From Bdellovibrionales bacterium (GTDB taxonomy: Bacteria; Bdellovibrionota; Bdellovibrionia; Bdellovibrionales; UBA1609), in NCBI GenBank assembly GCA_965247685.1, contig OZ252021.1, positions 810,001 through 842,000 on the forward strand: a stretch of 32,000 bases of DNA, read 5' to 3'. Within the stretch, counting starts at the first letter, position 1. Every line of letters starts with the position of its first letter. This document shows, piece by piece, positions 1-10,224 of this stretch. The translations under genes and the position numbers were made by a program. The notes under the pieces were generated by a model. That model did not search any database. It was not told the origin of the DNA and worked only from the letters and a program-made list of their open reading frames with translations.

Positions 1-1
1 T

Positions 2-1375
2 GTTGTGAATATTACAGATCAAACCCAATTTCCTGAGGTGATGGATGGAAGAGTAAAGACTTTGCATCCGCATGTATTTCTCCCTTTGCTGGCTCGAAAA
101 GATCATAAAAAAGATGAACAAGAACTGAACTCTAGAAAATTAGAACATTTTGATTTAGTGATTTGTAATCTTTATCCTTTTGATCGTGTAACAAAGGATC
201 AGGAAAAAGAGCAGATTGAATTAATTGATGTCGGCGGCCCATCTATGTTGAGGGCTAGTGCTAAAAATTTTGAAAAAATTACTGTGATCTGTGATCCTAA
301 GGATTATAATTTACTTAATCAAAAAGAGATCACAGTGAATCAGAGAAGAAAACTAGCTTCAAAAGTTTTTGATCATTTGAGTCGTTACGATGCCTGTATT
401 GCGAATTATTTAAAGCGCTCTTCTAATGCGTCCTCGGATTATGAGATTCGAGGTCAATTTTTTAAGAGCTTAAGGTATGGAGAAAATCCTCAACAAAAAT
501 CTTCTTGGTATAGTATTCCTTCTCAAAAAGGCTTGCATGATGTTCAGGTGCTGCATGGTAAGGAGTTATCCTTTAATAATATTTTAGATTTGCAAGCAGC
601 AGTATCTACTCTCAGGGAATTTAGTACTCCTTGTTTTGTGGGTATTAAGCATAACAATCCATGTGGTGTGGCTTGTGCCAGTAATATGGGTGAGGCCGTT
701 CGAAAAGGTTTAAAAGCAGATCCTATGAGTATTTTCGGAGGTATTGTAGCAGTAAATCGAAAAATGGATCAAGCTGAAGCAGAACAGCTGCACCCTCTTT
801 TTTTAGAGTGTATTATTGCCCCTGACTATTCTAAGGAGGCTTTGAGTTTATTATCTACTAAGAAAAATCTTCGTCTTTTACTTTGGGAGAATATATTAAA
901 AAGGCCTATTCAAAGTGAGATGCATAAAGTGGACGGTGGATTTTTGATTCAGGACGAGGATCAAGTGAAGTTGGATTGGTCTCAGGTTATCGTAGATGGT
1001 AAGAAACCTTCAGATTCTATTCGTCAAGATTTAGAGATGGCTTGGAAAGTTTGTGCTCATTTAAAGAGTAATGCTGTTAGTTTGGTATCAGGTCAACAAA
1101 CCGTAGGTTTAGGTATGGGACAAGTGGATCGTGTGACTGCTGTGGACTTAGCTATTCAGAGAATGAAAAAATATCATCCCTCTCTTTCATCTTCCGTAGT
1201 GATGGCTAGTGATGGTTTTTTCCCTTTTGAAGATTCTATTGTGAGAGCAGGTGAAGAAGGTATCCAGTGGATCATTCAACCTGGAGGATCTGTGAAGGAT
1301 AAAATAGTGATTCAAAAAGCGAAGGAATTAGGAATGAATATCATTCGGACAGGATGTCGCCACTTTAAACATTAA
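2..1375 (+). CDS. purH: Bifunctional AICAR transformylase / IMP cyclohydrolase PurH, 5'-truncated by the window edge
   Basis: The ORF is open to the window start. MDGRVKTLHP, IDVGGPSMLRASAKN, LRYGENPQQ, KHNNPCG, ASDGFFPF and the C-terminal RHFKH follow the pattern of E. coli PurH. Confidence 0.9.
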   Translation, partial: VVNITDQTQFPEVMDGRVKTLHPHVFLPLLARKDHKKDEQELNSRKLEHFDLVICNLYPFDRVTKDQEKEQIELIDVGGPSMLRASAKNFEKITVICDPKDYNLLNQKEITVNQRRKLASKVFDHLSRYDACIANYLKRSSNASSDYEIRGQFFKSLRYGENPQQKSSWYSIPSQKGLHDVQVLHGKELSFNNILDLQAAVSTLREFSTPCFVGIKHNNPCGVACASNMGEAVRKGLKADPMSIFGGIVAVNRKMDQAEAEQLHPLFLECIIAPDYSKEALSLLSTKKNLRLLLWENILKRPIQSEMHKVDGGFLIQDEDQVKLDWSQVIVDGKKPSDSIRQDLEMAWKVCAHLKSNAVSLVSGQQTVGLGMGQVDRVTAVDLAIQRMKKYHPSLSSSVVMASDGFFPFEDSIVRAGEEGIQWIIQPGGSVKDKIVIQKAKELGMNIIRTGCRHFKH

Positions 1376-1463
1376 TTTTGATGCTTATGAGGTTGCTATC
1401 ATTACTTCTCAAAAATAACTTTCAGTGTTAATTTTTCTTCTATAAGATGCCGAAGAGTACCTT

Positions 1464-3275
1464 ATGGAAAAGATTTGGCTGATTTGCAGAAAGAATAAGA
1501 TTTCAGGCCCTTTCGACGAAGATCAAGTTCGAGAAATGTTAGAGAATAAAACCTTATCACTTCAGGATGAAGTGATTCAGCCTCTCAAACAATGGGTGTA
1601 TATTCGAAATACATTTTTTAATCCTTCATTTGATGCAAGCCCTTCCCAGAAGGTTGTCTCAGATAATCAAGCTTCATCTCAAGATATTGAAAATACTGTT
1701 TTTGTAAATTTAAAAGATGATGATTCTTTTTCTGATGTTGAAATTGAAGGTACAGGTGAAGACGGAGGTGAGTTTTTACCGAATCATCAAACAGAAAGTG
1801 ATGCGAATCTTGATCAAGGTTTAGAGTTGGAACAAAAGGATGATCTATCTGCTATAGAGGATTTAGAGAAAGATGTGGATGTGGATCAAGCTGTTTCTGT
1901 GGTATATGCGGCTCAAAATGATGAAAATGTGGGGAGTAATAAAACCTCTCATGCAGAGTTTGGCAGCATTGAACAAATTAAAAGAACTGCAAATGATCAG
2001 TCTTTAAAATATCTTCGACTGGCTTGGACAATCATTGGTTTAAGCTTTGTAGTAGTTGCAGGTGTGTACATGTGGCAGAGTGTGGTTCTAGAAAAAAGAA
2101 AGCAAGATCGATTTTTAAAAGATACTTTGACTGAAGCTCGTTATTTTTTTTCAAAAGGAGAATATGAGAAATCTTTAAATTTATTTAAAAAAGTTCCAGT
2201 GACTCAATCTCAAGATAGGCTTTCTTTCTCTTCTCTTCTGTTGAAATTGGAAGGTGACTCGTATAGAGCTGAGGCTAATTTGGAAAATATTTCAGATGAT
2301 CATTCCAACCTAGAGGACCAAATGAGAGAGCTCGTATTACAAGGAATGATCGAATACCAAAATGGGAATTATCAGTTAGCTCAAGATTATCTTCAGAGAG
2401 CCCAGAAAATATCCTCTTCTCAATTGGCTACAATCAATAATGTCACTTTGCATATTCAGATGGGTCAAAAGGAACAGGCACTAGAAATACTTAATAAAAT
2501 TTCTTTAAATAAACAGAATAAAAATTTCATTCTATTTTTGAAAGCATATCTTTCTATAGATTCCAAAGAAGAAGATGTGAATGAAATACTTCAAACAGTG
2601 ATGGAACAAAGAAGAGACTATGCTCAAGAATCAAGCTTGTTGAGTTTATATAGAGATGTGGTTATTATGAAAAAAGATAATGCGATTCCTTTAATTCGAA
2701 AGCTTTTAGATCAGGATCCTTATCTGACTCAAGAACATTTTTATGATATTTTATCATATAATCCAAGGCAAGTGTGGAAAGATTTTTTGCTTGATCTTTG
2801 CAATGAAGTGGTGAAAAAGTCGGAGGGACAATCCTCTTTTATTGCTTTGCATTCTTTATGTCTGGCGCAGTCGGGTCTATTGATTTCTGCTCAGTCGAAT
2901 ATTGAAAAAGCTCTTAATCAATCTCCTAAAGATTCATTAATTCAAGCCTTGTATGGTTATATTTTATTACAAAATAATCAAGTCGATCACAGTCAAATAC
3001 CAGTGAGTCAGTCTGTAAAAAATAATTTGGGCGATCGGTATATTTTTCCTTTTATTTTACATGCACGTTGGTGTGAGCAAATGGGTCAATTCAAATGTGC
3101 TGAAAAAAATTGGAACAAGGTCAAAGAAAATAAGCTTTACTTTTTATCCTCTTTAGGAGGGTTACTTCGAGTTTATTCTCGATTAGGATTGAAAGAAAAA
3201 TCTTCACTACTATTGCAAGAGGGTTTAAGAATCGCACCTCATTACAAAACTTTTTTATCTCATAAGAGTCTATAG
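1464..3275 (+). CDS. GYF_2-like N-terminal domain / TPR-like repeat membrane protein, function unknown
   Basis: 603-aa ORF. The N-terminus WLICRKNKISGPFDEDQVREML...WVYI resembles GYF_2. It continues with an acidic low-complexity linker, one hydrophobic helix (LAWTIIGLSFVVVAGVYMW) and C-terminal TPR-like helical repeats. Confidence 0.65.
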   Translation: MEKIWLICRKNKISGPFDEDQVREMLENKTLSLQDEVIQPLKQWVYIRNTFFNPSFDASPSQKVVSDNQASSQDIENTVFVNLKDDDSFSDVEIEGTGEDGGEFLPNHQTESDANLDQGLELEQKDDLSAIEDLEKDVDVDQAVSVVYAAQNDENVGSNKTSHAEFGSIEQIKRTANDQSLKYLRLAWTIIGLSFVVVAGVYMWQSVVLEKRKQDRFLKDTLTEARYFFSKGEYEKSLNLFKKVPVTQSQDRLSFSSLLLKLEGDSYRAEANLENISDDHSNLEDQMRELVLQGMIEYQNGNYQLAQDYLQRAQKISSSQLATINNVTLHIQMGQKEQALEILNKISLNKQNKNFILFLKAYLSIDSKEEDVNEILQTVMEQRRDYAQESSLLSLYRDVVIMKKDNAIPLIRKLLDQDPYLTQEHFYDILSYNPRQVWKDFLLDLCNEVVKKSEGQSSFIALHSLCLAQSGLLISAQSNIEKALNQSPKDSLIQALYGYILLQNNQVDHSQIPVSQSVKNNLGDRYIFPFILHARWCEQMGQFKCAEKNWNKVKENKLYFLSSLGGLLRVYSRLGLKEKSSLLLQEGLRIAPHYKTFLSHKSL

Positions 3276-4166
3276 TTTTCGAATGATTCTTGTGCGAATG
3301 TACTCTGCAATGTTTTCTAATTCTTTGAAGTGATCTTTCTTTCGAGTTTTAAAAGAGGATGTGACTTTCTCTTTTTTTTCGAAAAGCATTCTCATGTAGT
3401 TTTGAAAACCATACACAGGACCGTACACTCGATGAGAGAGTGCAACAGATGTAGTATAAACTAAGGGTGTCAATAAGCAATAAAGCGCCAACACCAACAA
3501 ACAAAAGTATTGTATGACATCAGTTTGAATCATCCGAGAGTCTGTAACAGATGTGATGGTTATATATGTATATAAACCTATAAGAGTTGAGAGTACATAA
3601 TATACTATAGTGAAAAAAGAAAAAATCGAAATTATAAATTGTCTTTGGTTGACGTGATCCGTGAGCAAGGTTTTTCTCACACTCGTTGGACTTAAAAGCT
3701 CTTGAGGTTTTACAATTAGAATCAGTGCTAATAAAATGACACCCGCACATATAAATAAAATAGCTAAATTAAATCCAAAAAACTGTTGGGAATTAAAGGT
3801 AATGGCTAAATTATTAATAACTTGACCATGAAAAATCTTATCCATGAGGAAACATATGGATCCTCCTAGAATGAGGCTTATAGAATAGCGAACAGTGTGA
3901 GAGAGAGCGAATAAAAAATTAACCAATATATTCAGTTGAAATAGACAAATACCAACGACAGCGAGAGTTAAACCTTTTATCTCCTGAAGTTTGTTGGGCA
4001 AGTTAGAGTAGATTTCGGCATCAGAAAAGTTTGCAAAAAATCCCAACCATCCAAACATAACAGCTTCAGTATGAAGTCCGCGGGTGAGTAGCTTCAACAT
4101 TTGATCAAAAAAGATTGGTACTAGAAACACTAGAAAAATTTTAAACCAGTTTTTCCACCCTATCAT
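3270..4166 (-). CDS. Polytopic inner-membrane protein, unknown function
   Basis: 298-aa ORF with about 7 hydrophobic helices and a basic C-terminal tail. It is convergent with the upstream gene and overlaps it by 6 nt. I recognise no family motif. Confidence 0.55.
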   Translation of the reverse strand: MIGWKNWFKIFLVFLVPIFFDQMLKLLTRGLHTEAVMFGWLGFFANFSDAEIYSNLPNKLQEIKGLTLAVVGICLFQLNILVNFLFALSHTVRYSISLILGGSICFLMDKIFHGQVINNLAITFNSQQFFGFNLAILFICAGVILLALILIVKPQELLSPTSVRKTLLTDHVNQRQFIISIFSFFTIVYYVLSTLIGLYTYITITSVTDSRMIQTDVIQYFCLLVLALYCLLTPLVYTTSVALSHRVYGPVYGFQNYMRMLFEKKEKVTSSFKTRKKDHFKELENIAEYIRTRIIRKL

Positions 4167-4181
4167 AAGTACAGGGTAATA

Positions 4182-5693
4182 TTATTTTTTAGATATGGAA
4201 AGGAGAAATTTATAGGAGCCGTCAAATGGGAGAAAATAGTCTTTAATGCTATCTTTGACTACACTGACTTGTTGATTATGCCATAATGGTACGATAGGCA
4301 ACTCTTGAGCAATAATGTCTTGTACTTTATGATAAGTAGCCATTCTTCTTTTTTTATCATTTTGCTCCCTCCCTTTTTCTAACAATTCGTCCAGATTATG
4401 ATTGATATAAAAACCACGATTCCTTCCATAAGGAGGGGTTTCTGAGCTATGAAAGGCTACTCTGTAGATATCTGGATCAAAGGCTCCCACCCATCTGAGG
4501 AGAGCTAACTGAAAGTTTCCTTTGCTGAGGTCGTTATAGAAGGTCCCCCACTCATAACTTTCAAGTTCAACTTGAAAGCCAATTTGTTTGAGTTGATAGG
4601 CTATAATTTTTGCATAAGCGACAACAGATTGATTATTTGAGGTTTTAATTTTAATTTTATGCCCTACCCATTGATGGGTTTTAAGGATATTTTGAGCTTT
4701 CTTTTTATTGTAAGAATATTTTTTAATTTTTTTGAAAAAAAATGGATTGTTAGAATTTAAAATGGTGTGTGCAAGGAGAGCAAATCCTTTCAAGTGATAT
4801 TGAATGATGGTCGGCCGATCAATTCCCCATGCAAGAGCTTGACGTGCTTTTAGTTGTCGAAAGAGAGGATCTTTTAAATTCACTAAAATGTAATTCATAG
4901 AAAGTCCCGTCTGAGAGATCACTTTATAAGGAAGGTTCATTTCTTGTATTTTCTTTACTTTGGAATAAGGTAAATCGGATGGAACAATATCAATGTCTTT
5001 CTTCAGTATTTTTTGAAAGCGAGTGAGGTCGTCTCGAATGACTTTAAAAATGACATTTTTTATTTTTATTGGTTTTCGAGCTTTCATTTGGATATGGTGG
5101 GATGTTTGTTGAGTGAGGATAAAAGGGCCGCTTCCTATAGGTGTTTTTTTAAACTTTTCTTTGTGAGAGATGAACTCTTTTTTAGGCAGTATTTTTAGTA
5201 CGGGTAAGTCTGAGGATAAAAAAGGTGCTGAACTTTTTTTAAGTTGGATTTGAATAGTAAATCCCTGACTATGAGAGTCCACTTGAACGTTTTGAATATT
5301 TTGAAAAGCTGAGTGAAAAGGACTTTCTTCAGATTGATACTGTTGAAAACTAAATTCAATATCCTCAGCTGTCAATGGGCGGCCGTTAGAAAAAGAATTT
5401 CCATAAGGAACTTCAAAGATGCAAGTAAGAGAGCTGCACTGCCAGTTTTTAGCGAGATCAGGCTGAACTTGTAAGTTTTTGTCCACATATACTAGAGATT
5501 GAAAAATAAGATTGACGATTCTCATTCCTGTAGCATCTGTAGCTCTTAGAGGGTTTAATGTGATCGGCATTTGAGATAAAGCGATAGTGACAGTCTTAGA
5601 GTGATTATCAAGCCCCCAACAAAACCATCCTAGGAATGCAGCTGTTGTCAGAGCTAAAATTTTACTATATAGTTTTTGATTATGCTTCGTCAT
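4182..5693 (-). CDS. ABC transporter substrate-binding protein, family 5 (peptide/nickel, OppA/DppA-like)
   Basis: ITLNPLRATDATGMRIVNLIFQSLVYVD...PDLAKNW is the typical SBP_bac_5 N-terminal signature. The ORF stays open to 5828, but the Met at 5693 directly precedes the hydrophobic signal/anchor (ILALTTAAFLGWFCW). The start is uncertain. Confidence 0.8.
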   Translation of the reverse strand: MTKHNQKLYSKILALTTAAFLGWFCWGLDNHSKTVTIALSQMPITLNPLRATDATGMRIVNLIFQSLVYVDKNLQVQPDLAKNWQCSSLTCIFEVPYGNSFSNGRPLTAEDIEFSFQQYQSEESPFHSAFQNIQNVQVDSHSQGFTIQIQLKKSSAPFLSSDLPVLKILPKKEFISHKEKFKKTPIGSGPFILTQQTSHHIQMKARKPIKIKNVIFKVIRDDLTRFQKILKKDIDIVPSDLPYSKVKKIQEMNLPYKVISQTGLSMNYILVNLKDPLFRQLKARQALAWGIDRPTIIQYHLKGFALLAHTILNSNNPFFFKKIKKYSYNKKKAQNILKTHQWVGHKIKIKTSNNQSVVAYAKIIAYQLKQIGFQVELESYEWGTFYNDLSKGNFQLALLRWVGAFDPDIYRVAFHSSETPPYGRNRGFYINHNLDELLEKGREQNDKKRRMATYHKVQDIIAQELPIVPLWHNQQVSVVKDSIKDYFLPFDGSYKFLLSISKK

Positions 5694-7130
5694 TATAGCT
5701 CTATTCTTTTTTTGGTATATGCATGTCATCTGAGTTGGGGCCAGAGTCAACATAAGACGTTTGACAAACAGAATCAAGATGCAAGTCGACTTCATCAGAA
5801 AATTCAGCAGGTTTTGAAAAAAAATCATTCATTATCAAAGAATTTAGGTCTTGTTATTTCAGAAAATCTTTCAAAATCTTCTTCGATTTATTTTTCTCAC
5901 AATGGAAATCGCAAATTTATTCCGGCTTCTTTATCAAAGATTATTACAGCTTCAGTAATATTAGATGAATTTCCACCACATCAAACTTTCGAAACTTCTT
6001 TTGTTGCTCAAAAAAAAGTAGAACATGGAATTTTAAAAGGTCCTTTGTATTTAAGGGGAGGAGGGGATCCTTCTTTTGTTTCTGAAAGTTTATGGATGTT
6101 AGTGAATCATCTTTTGCGATCTGGATTAAAACGTGTCCAAGGACATCTTATTGTTGATGAATCTTTATTTCAATCTTATCGCAGAAAAAAAAATTCTTGG
6201 TTTTCTTCAGATAGAAGTTATAGCTCCTATCTTTCAGCTTTATCCTTTAATTGGAATTCTTTGAATGTTTATGTTCGACCAGGAGCTTTAGGAAAGCCTG
6301 CTCGGGTTTTTGTGGATCCGAAAAACTCTTTTATTCAAATTGAAAATAAAGCTGTGACAAAAAATATTAATAAAAACCATCGAATTAAAGTCGTAAGGAA
6401 GGCTCGTTCTTCTGGAGATGTTGTTCAAGTGAAAGGCTTCATTTCTCCAGAAGCTCTAGAGTTTGTATCTTATAAAAATGTGACCCAACCAGCTTTGTGG
6501 GCAGGTTATAATGCTATAGAATTTTTAAAACAAAGAGGTATTCAGCTCGATCAAGAAGTCGTGAAAAAAGGGAAAAGCCCTTCTGATTTTGTTTTAGCTC
6601 GACAGCAAGGACGAACTGTCTTTCAATTGGTGCAGGATATGATGAAGCATTCTTCTAATTTTATTACAGATATGCTCACCATTCAGCTTTCTTTATTGAA
6701 AGGATCTTCTCAAGGGAGTCTGGAAAAAGGAATTCAGCATATACGTCGACACATCGAGAAAAAAGGTGTGAAGGATTATACTTTTAACAGTCCTTCGGGT
6801 TTGAGCCGTCAGAATAAATTAAAACCTAAAGATATTTTAACTTTTTTAATTCACGATTTTAATTCTTTAAACTCTTTTGAAAAACTATCGGCTTACGCGA
6901 TCCCTCAAGGAGTAGGTTCTTTAGAAAAAAGACTCAGTTATTTAGAAAAAAAATCTATGGTAAGAGCAAAAACAGGTATGTTGACAGGAGTGATAGGTCT
7001 TGCAGGCTATGTAAGAAATAATGAAGGTGAATGGCGGGCTTTTGTATTTATGTACAACGGAAATAGCAAAAAACAATACCAAGCTCAACATTTGTTTGAT
7101 GAACTGGCTCTTATTTTATCTCAAAATTAA
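5676..7130 (+). CDS. dacB: D-alanyl-D-alanine carboxypeptidase/endopeptidase, PBP4 (peptidase S13)
   Basis: Signal peptide, SxxK (ASLSK), LRGGGDPSF, the KTG box (AKTGMLTG) and a length of about 480 aa. The start is TTG at 5676 or ATG at 5682. Confidence 0.85.
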   Translation: MIMLRHYSSILFLVYACHLSWGQSQHKTFDKQNQDASRLHQKIQQVLKKNHSLSKNLGLVISENLSKSSSIYFSHNGNRKFIPASLSKIITASVILDEFPPHQTFETSFVAQKKVEHGILKGPLYLRGGGDPSFVSESLWMLVNHLLRSGLKRVQGHLIVDESLFQSYRRKKNSWFSSDRSYSSYLSALSFNWNSLNVYVRPGALGKPARVFVDPKNSFIQIENKAVTKNINKNHRIKVVRKARSSGDVVQVKGFISPEALEFVSYKNVTQPALWAGYNAIEFLKQRGIQLDQEVVKKGKSPSDFVLARQQGRTVFQLVQDMMKHSSNFITDMLTIQLSLLKGSSQGSLEKGIQHIRRHIEKKGVKDYTFNSPSGLSRQNKLKPKDILTFLIHDFNSLNSFEKLSAYAIPQGVGSLEKRLSYLEKKSMVRAKTGMLTGVIGLAGYVRNNEGEWRAFVFMYNGNSKKQYQAQHLFDELALILSQN

Positions 7131-7131
7131 A

Positions 7132-7674
7132 TTAAGGCTTAAGAAGTGGATGATCAAAATGGCTCAAGTTAAAAAGTGCTTGAAGTTTTAACTGAGATTT
7201 TTGAATTTGAGGATTGTTATTATGGAGGTGTCGATGAATCACACAAACGACAGTATCAATAACAGCTCCAAGTTTTCTAAGTTCACTTACACTAGCAATC
7301 ACTTGTCCCCCTGTTGTAATAACATCTTCGATAATTAAAAGTTTTTTTCCTTGAATCTTTCCTCCCTCTGCAAGAGCTTGAGTGCCGTATTCTTTAGCTT
7401 TTTTTCGAACAAATACACAAGGCAGACCTGTTTCAAAAGATAAAGCCGTGGCAAGGGGCACTCCTCCAAGCTCCAAACCTGCCAATAAATCAGTAGACGA
7501 AGGAATAAAGGGTTTTAAATGTTTTGCTATTTGGAATAAAAGTTCAGGGTGTGACTCGAATCTATATTTATCGAAGTAAAAAGAGGATGTTTGGCCGGAG
7601 CGAAGCTTGAAAGAACCCTCAGTAAGAAGAGCTCGTTCTTGTATTTTTTGGCTCAATTCTTTGGGAGTCCACAT
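7132..7674 (-). CDS. pyrE: Orotate phosphoribosyltransferase
   Basis: SGQTSSFYFD and the PRPP-binding loop LLIIEDVITTGGQV in a 180-aa protein. Confidence 0.88.
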   Translation of the reverse strand: MWTPKELSQKIQERALLTEGSFKLRSGQTSSFYFDKYRFESHPELLFQIAKHLKPFIPSSTDLLAGLELGGVPLATALSFETGLPCVFVRKKAKEYGTQALAEGGKIQGKKLLIIEDVITTGGQVIASVSELRKLGAVIDTVVCVIHRHLHNNNPQIQKSQLKLQALFNLSHFDHPLLKP

Positions 7675-7857
7675 GGGGTGTTAGACCTCTGAGTTTCTAT
7701 AAGTTTAGGTTTACATTATTAGAAATTCTCTCATTTGTCTACTAAATCTTCATTCCAATATTGAGGCAGATAAAAATAGAAGGACGGAAGATAAAGTCGC
7801 TGTACCTCAGTAATAAGAACATGATAAAGTGACTGCTAAAATAGATACTAGCAGACG

Positions 7858-9699
7858 GTGTATGACAAACATATGGGTAGAGAAAAGAAGAATTTTTCAA
7901 TAAAAAATTGGCCAGAAAAATCTGGAATTTATCTTATGATGGATTCCAAAGGTGTTGTTATTTATATTGGAAAGGCTAAAAAATTAAAATCTCGCGTTCG
8001 CTCTTACTTTTCTTCTGTCCCAAGCCTTAAAACAAAGTTTCTTATTCAGCAAGTTTCTTCTCTGGATTACATCATTACCAACACCGAAAATGAAGCTTTA
8101 CTTTTGGAAGCTTTAATGATCAAAAAACATAAACCTCGATACAATGTGCGTTTAAAAGATGATAAAGCTTATCCTTATATTCGAGTGAGTATGAAAGATG
8201 CTTTCCCTCGTTTTTACCTAGAAAGAAGAGTAAAAAAAGATGGAAGTCTTTACTTTGGCCCCTATACGGAAAGCCATAAAGTTCGAAATATGATTTGCTT
8301 CTTAAATGAGACTTTTCAAATTAGAGACTGTAGCAATGGTTTTATGAGAGGGAGAAAAAGGCCGTGCCTCACCCATCAAATGGGATTTTGTACAGCCCCT
8401 TGTGTTTCCAAAGTTTCTTCCAAAGAGTATGGAAAGCAGGTTCAACAAGCTCTTTCTTTTTTGAAAAGTAAGGGAAGTAAACTCGTCGTACAGCTTGAAG
8501 AAGAAATGAAAGAAAAGGCTGAAAAAGAAGAATTTGAACAAGCTTTGATGATTAAAAATAGGATAGAATCAATACAAAAAATTCAAGAAAACCAGATTGT
8601 GCTCGATCAAAAACATCTACGGGATGTGGATGTGTTTTCTTTCTACGGTCAGGATCATTGTTTGCAGTTTGAATTTCTTCATGTGAGAAGCGGCAGGCTT
8701 ATTGGACATTTTTCTCATTTTGAAAAGGAAGCATGGTGGCAGCATGAGAGAGAATATTTTGAAGAAAACACTCTCACATTTTTAGCCCAGTACTACATGG
8801 AAAATCTGATTCCAAACGAGGTTATTATCCCTTCTCATTTTTCTTTATCTTTTGTTCGGAAGTTAGAAAGTTTTTTAAAATCCATATCGGATCGAGAAGT
8901 TTTAGTTGTTGTCGCGAAAAAGAAGAATGAAAAACAATGGATTTTAATGGCAGAACAAAATGCAAAAGATCATTTTTCTATAGTATTTAAAAAAGAAGAG
9001 TCTCTAAAGAAGGCTTTATTAGAGATTCAAAAAAAGCTTCACCTTTCGGATCTTCCTGAAAGAATGGAGTGTTATGATATTTCTCATTTTCAATCTCAAG
9101 CGATTTATGCTTCTCAGGTTGTGTTTGAAAATGGAGTGAAAAATTCAAAAGAGTATCGCATTTATAAATTAAAGGAAAAAAATGATGACTATCTGGCGAT
9201 GAAGACAGTTTTATATAGAAGGCTGGTCAAAGCAAAACAACTCCGCCCTCAAATGATTTTGGTTGATGGAGGAAAAGGGCAGCTGCAAATCGCTTCTAGA
9301 GTTTTAAGAGAGCTGTCTTTGAGTATCCCCGTTGTGGCCATTGCTAAATCCAAGGACGGATCTGCTTTAGATAAGACTCCATCGGTTGAAAAATTTTACT
9401 TACCACTAAGGAAAAATCCTATTTTATTTTCTGCTCATCAATTGAGTTATAAAATTTTAGTTCAGATGCGGGATGAAGCTCACCGCTTTGCTCTTCTTCA
9501 TCATCGAAAAAAGCTTCGCCTTTCTTTTCTATCGAGTAATTTAGACTTTATTAAGGGTTTAGGGGTTAAAAGACAGGCAGTCTTATTGAAAAAATTTGGA
9601 AATGTTCAAAAGATTAAAAAATCTACTCCTGAAGAGCTATCCCAAGTAAAGGGGGTGAGTTTAAAACTTGCAAACAGTATTCTAAAGCAACTTCAATAG
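7858..9699 (+). CDS. uvrC: Excinuclease ABC subunit C
   Basis: GIY-YIG N-terminus (GIYLMMDSKGVVIYIGKAKKLKSRVRSYF), UVR motif (EEFEQALMIKNRIESI), an endonuclease domain and a C-terminal helix-hairpin-helix pair (IKGLGVKRQAVLLKKFG). The start is GTG at 7858 or ATG at 7873. Confidence 0.95.
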   Translation: MYDKHMGREKKNFSIKNWPEKSGIYLMMDSKGVVIYIGKAKKLKSRVRSYFSSVPSLKTKFLIQQVSSLDYIITNTENEALLLEALMIKKHKPRYNVRLKDDKAYPYIRVSMKDAFPRFYLERRVKKDGSLYFGPYTESHKVRNMICFLNETFQIRDCSNGFMRGRKRPCLTHQMGFCTAPCVSKVSSKEYGKQVQQALSFLKSKGSKLVVQLEEEMKEKAEKEEFEQALMIKNRIESIQKIQENQIVLDQKHLRDVDVFSFYGQDHCLQFEFLHVRSGRLIGHFSHFEKEAWWQHEREYFEENTLTFLAQYYMENLIPNEVIIPSHFSLSFVRKLESFLKSISDREVLVVVAKKKNEKQWILMAEQNAKDHFSIVFKKEESLKKALLEIQKKLHLSDLPERMECYDISHFQSQAIYASQVVFENGVKNSKEYRIYKLKEKNDDYLAMKTVLYRRLVKAKQLRPQMILVDGGKGQLQIASRVLRELSLSIPVVAIAKSKDGSALDKTPSVEKFYLPLRKNPILFSAHQLSYKILVQMRDEAHRFALLHHRKKLRLSFLSSNLDFIKGLGVKRQAVLLKKFGNVQKIKKSTPEELSQVKGVSLKLANSILKQLQ

Positions 9700-9704
9700 A
9701 GTTC

Positions 9705-10220
9705 TTGATAGGGATGGATAAAAGTGTTATTCAACTAGTTATGTCTATTCGATACATTCAAGATGTTTTAGGTGTTCAACAATTTATTAAGCCTTCTCAT
9801 TGGGATAGAATCTACACACTTCATTCTTCATTGGATAAAGACACTCTGATACTGACAGGGGAAGAATATACCGCCCCTTATCAGCAACTTTCAGCTCGAA
9901 TTATGAAATCTTTGAATCGAAAAAATTATACAGTCGTTTGTTGGAAGGATTTTAATTATATAGAAGGCTTGAGAAATCTTTTGCTTCGATCAACAGCTCA
10001 AAGTCTTATTGCTTTTGGTGAGTTATGGGTGGAATCTTTGAGATCTTTTTGCTCTCAGCCCGTACTCAATCAAAAGATAGTGCTGGATTTAACTTCAAAA
10101 GTTCAAGTTCCAGCCGTCATAACTTATAGTTTCGCTCAGCTATCTGATGAGTCCGATAGCGATCTTAAGAAGAAGAAATTATCTACTTTTTCTGCTTTAA
10201 AAAGTTTATCGGGTATATAA
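9705..10220 (+). CDS. Hypothetical protein
   Basis: 171-aa ORF in the same direction as uvrC, beginning 6 nt after its stop (alternative ATG at 9714). No recognisable motif. Confidence 0.5.
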   Translation: MIGMDKSVIQLVMSIRYIQDVLGVQQFIKPSHWDRIYTLHSSLDKDTLILTGEEYTAPYQQLSARIMKSLNRKNYTVVCWKDFNYIEGLRNLLLRSTAQSLIAFGELWVESLRSFCSQPVLNQKIVLDLTSKVQVPAVITYSFAQLSDESDSDLKKKKLSTFSALKSLSGI

Positions 10221-10224
10221 TAAA

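Noticed and set aside
65-100. The PurH segment HPHVFLPLLARK differs from the E. coli motif HPKVHGGILGRR
   Set aside because: The rest of the protein keeps the PurH hallmarks and stays open in frame. I cannot judge functional significance without a family alignment, so this is probably lineage variation.
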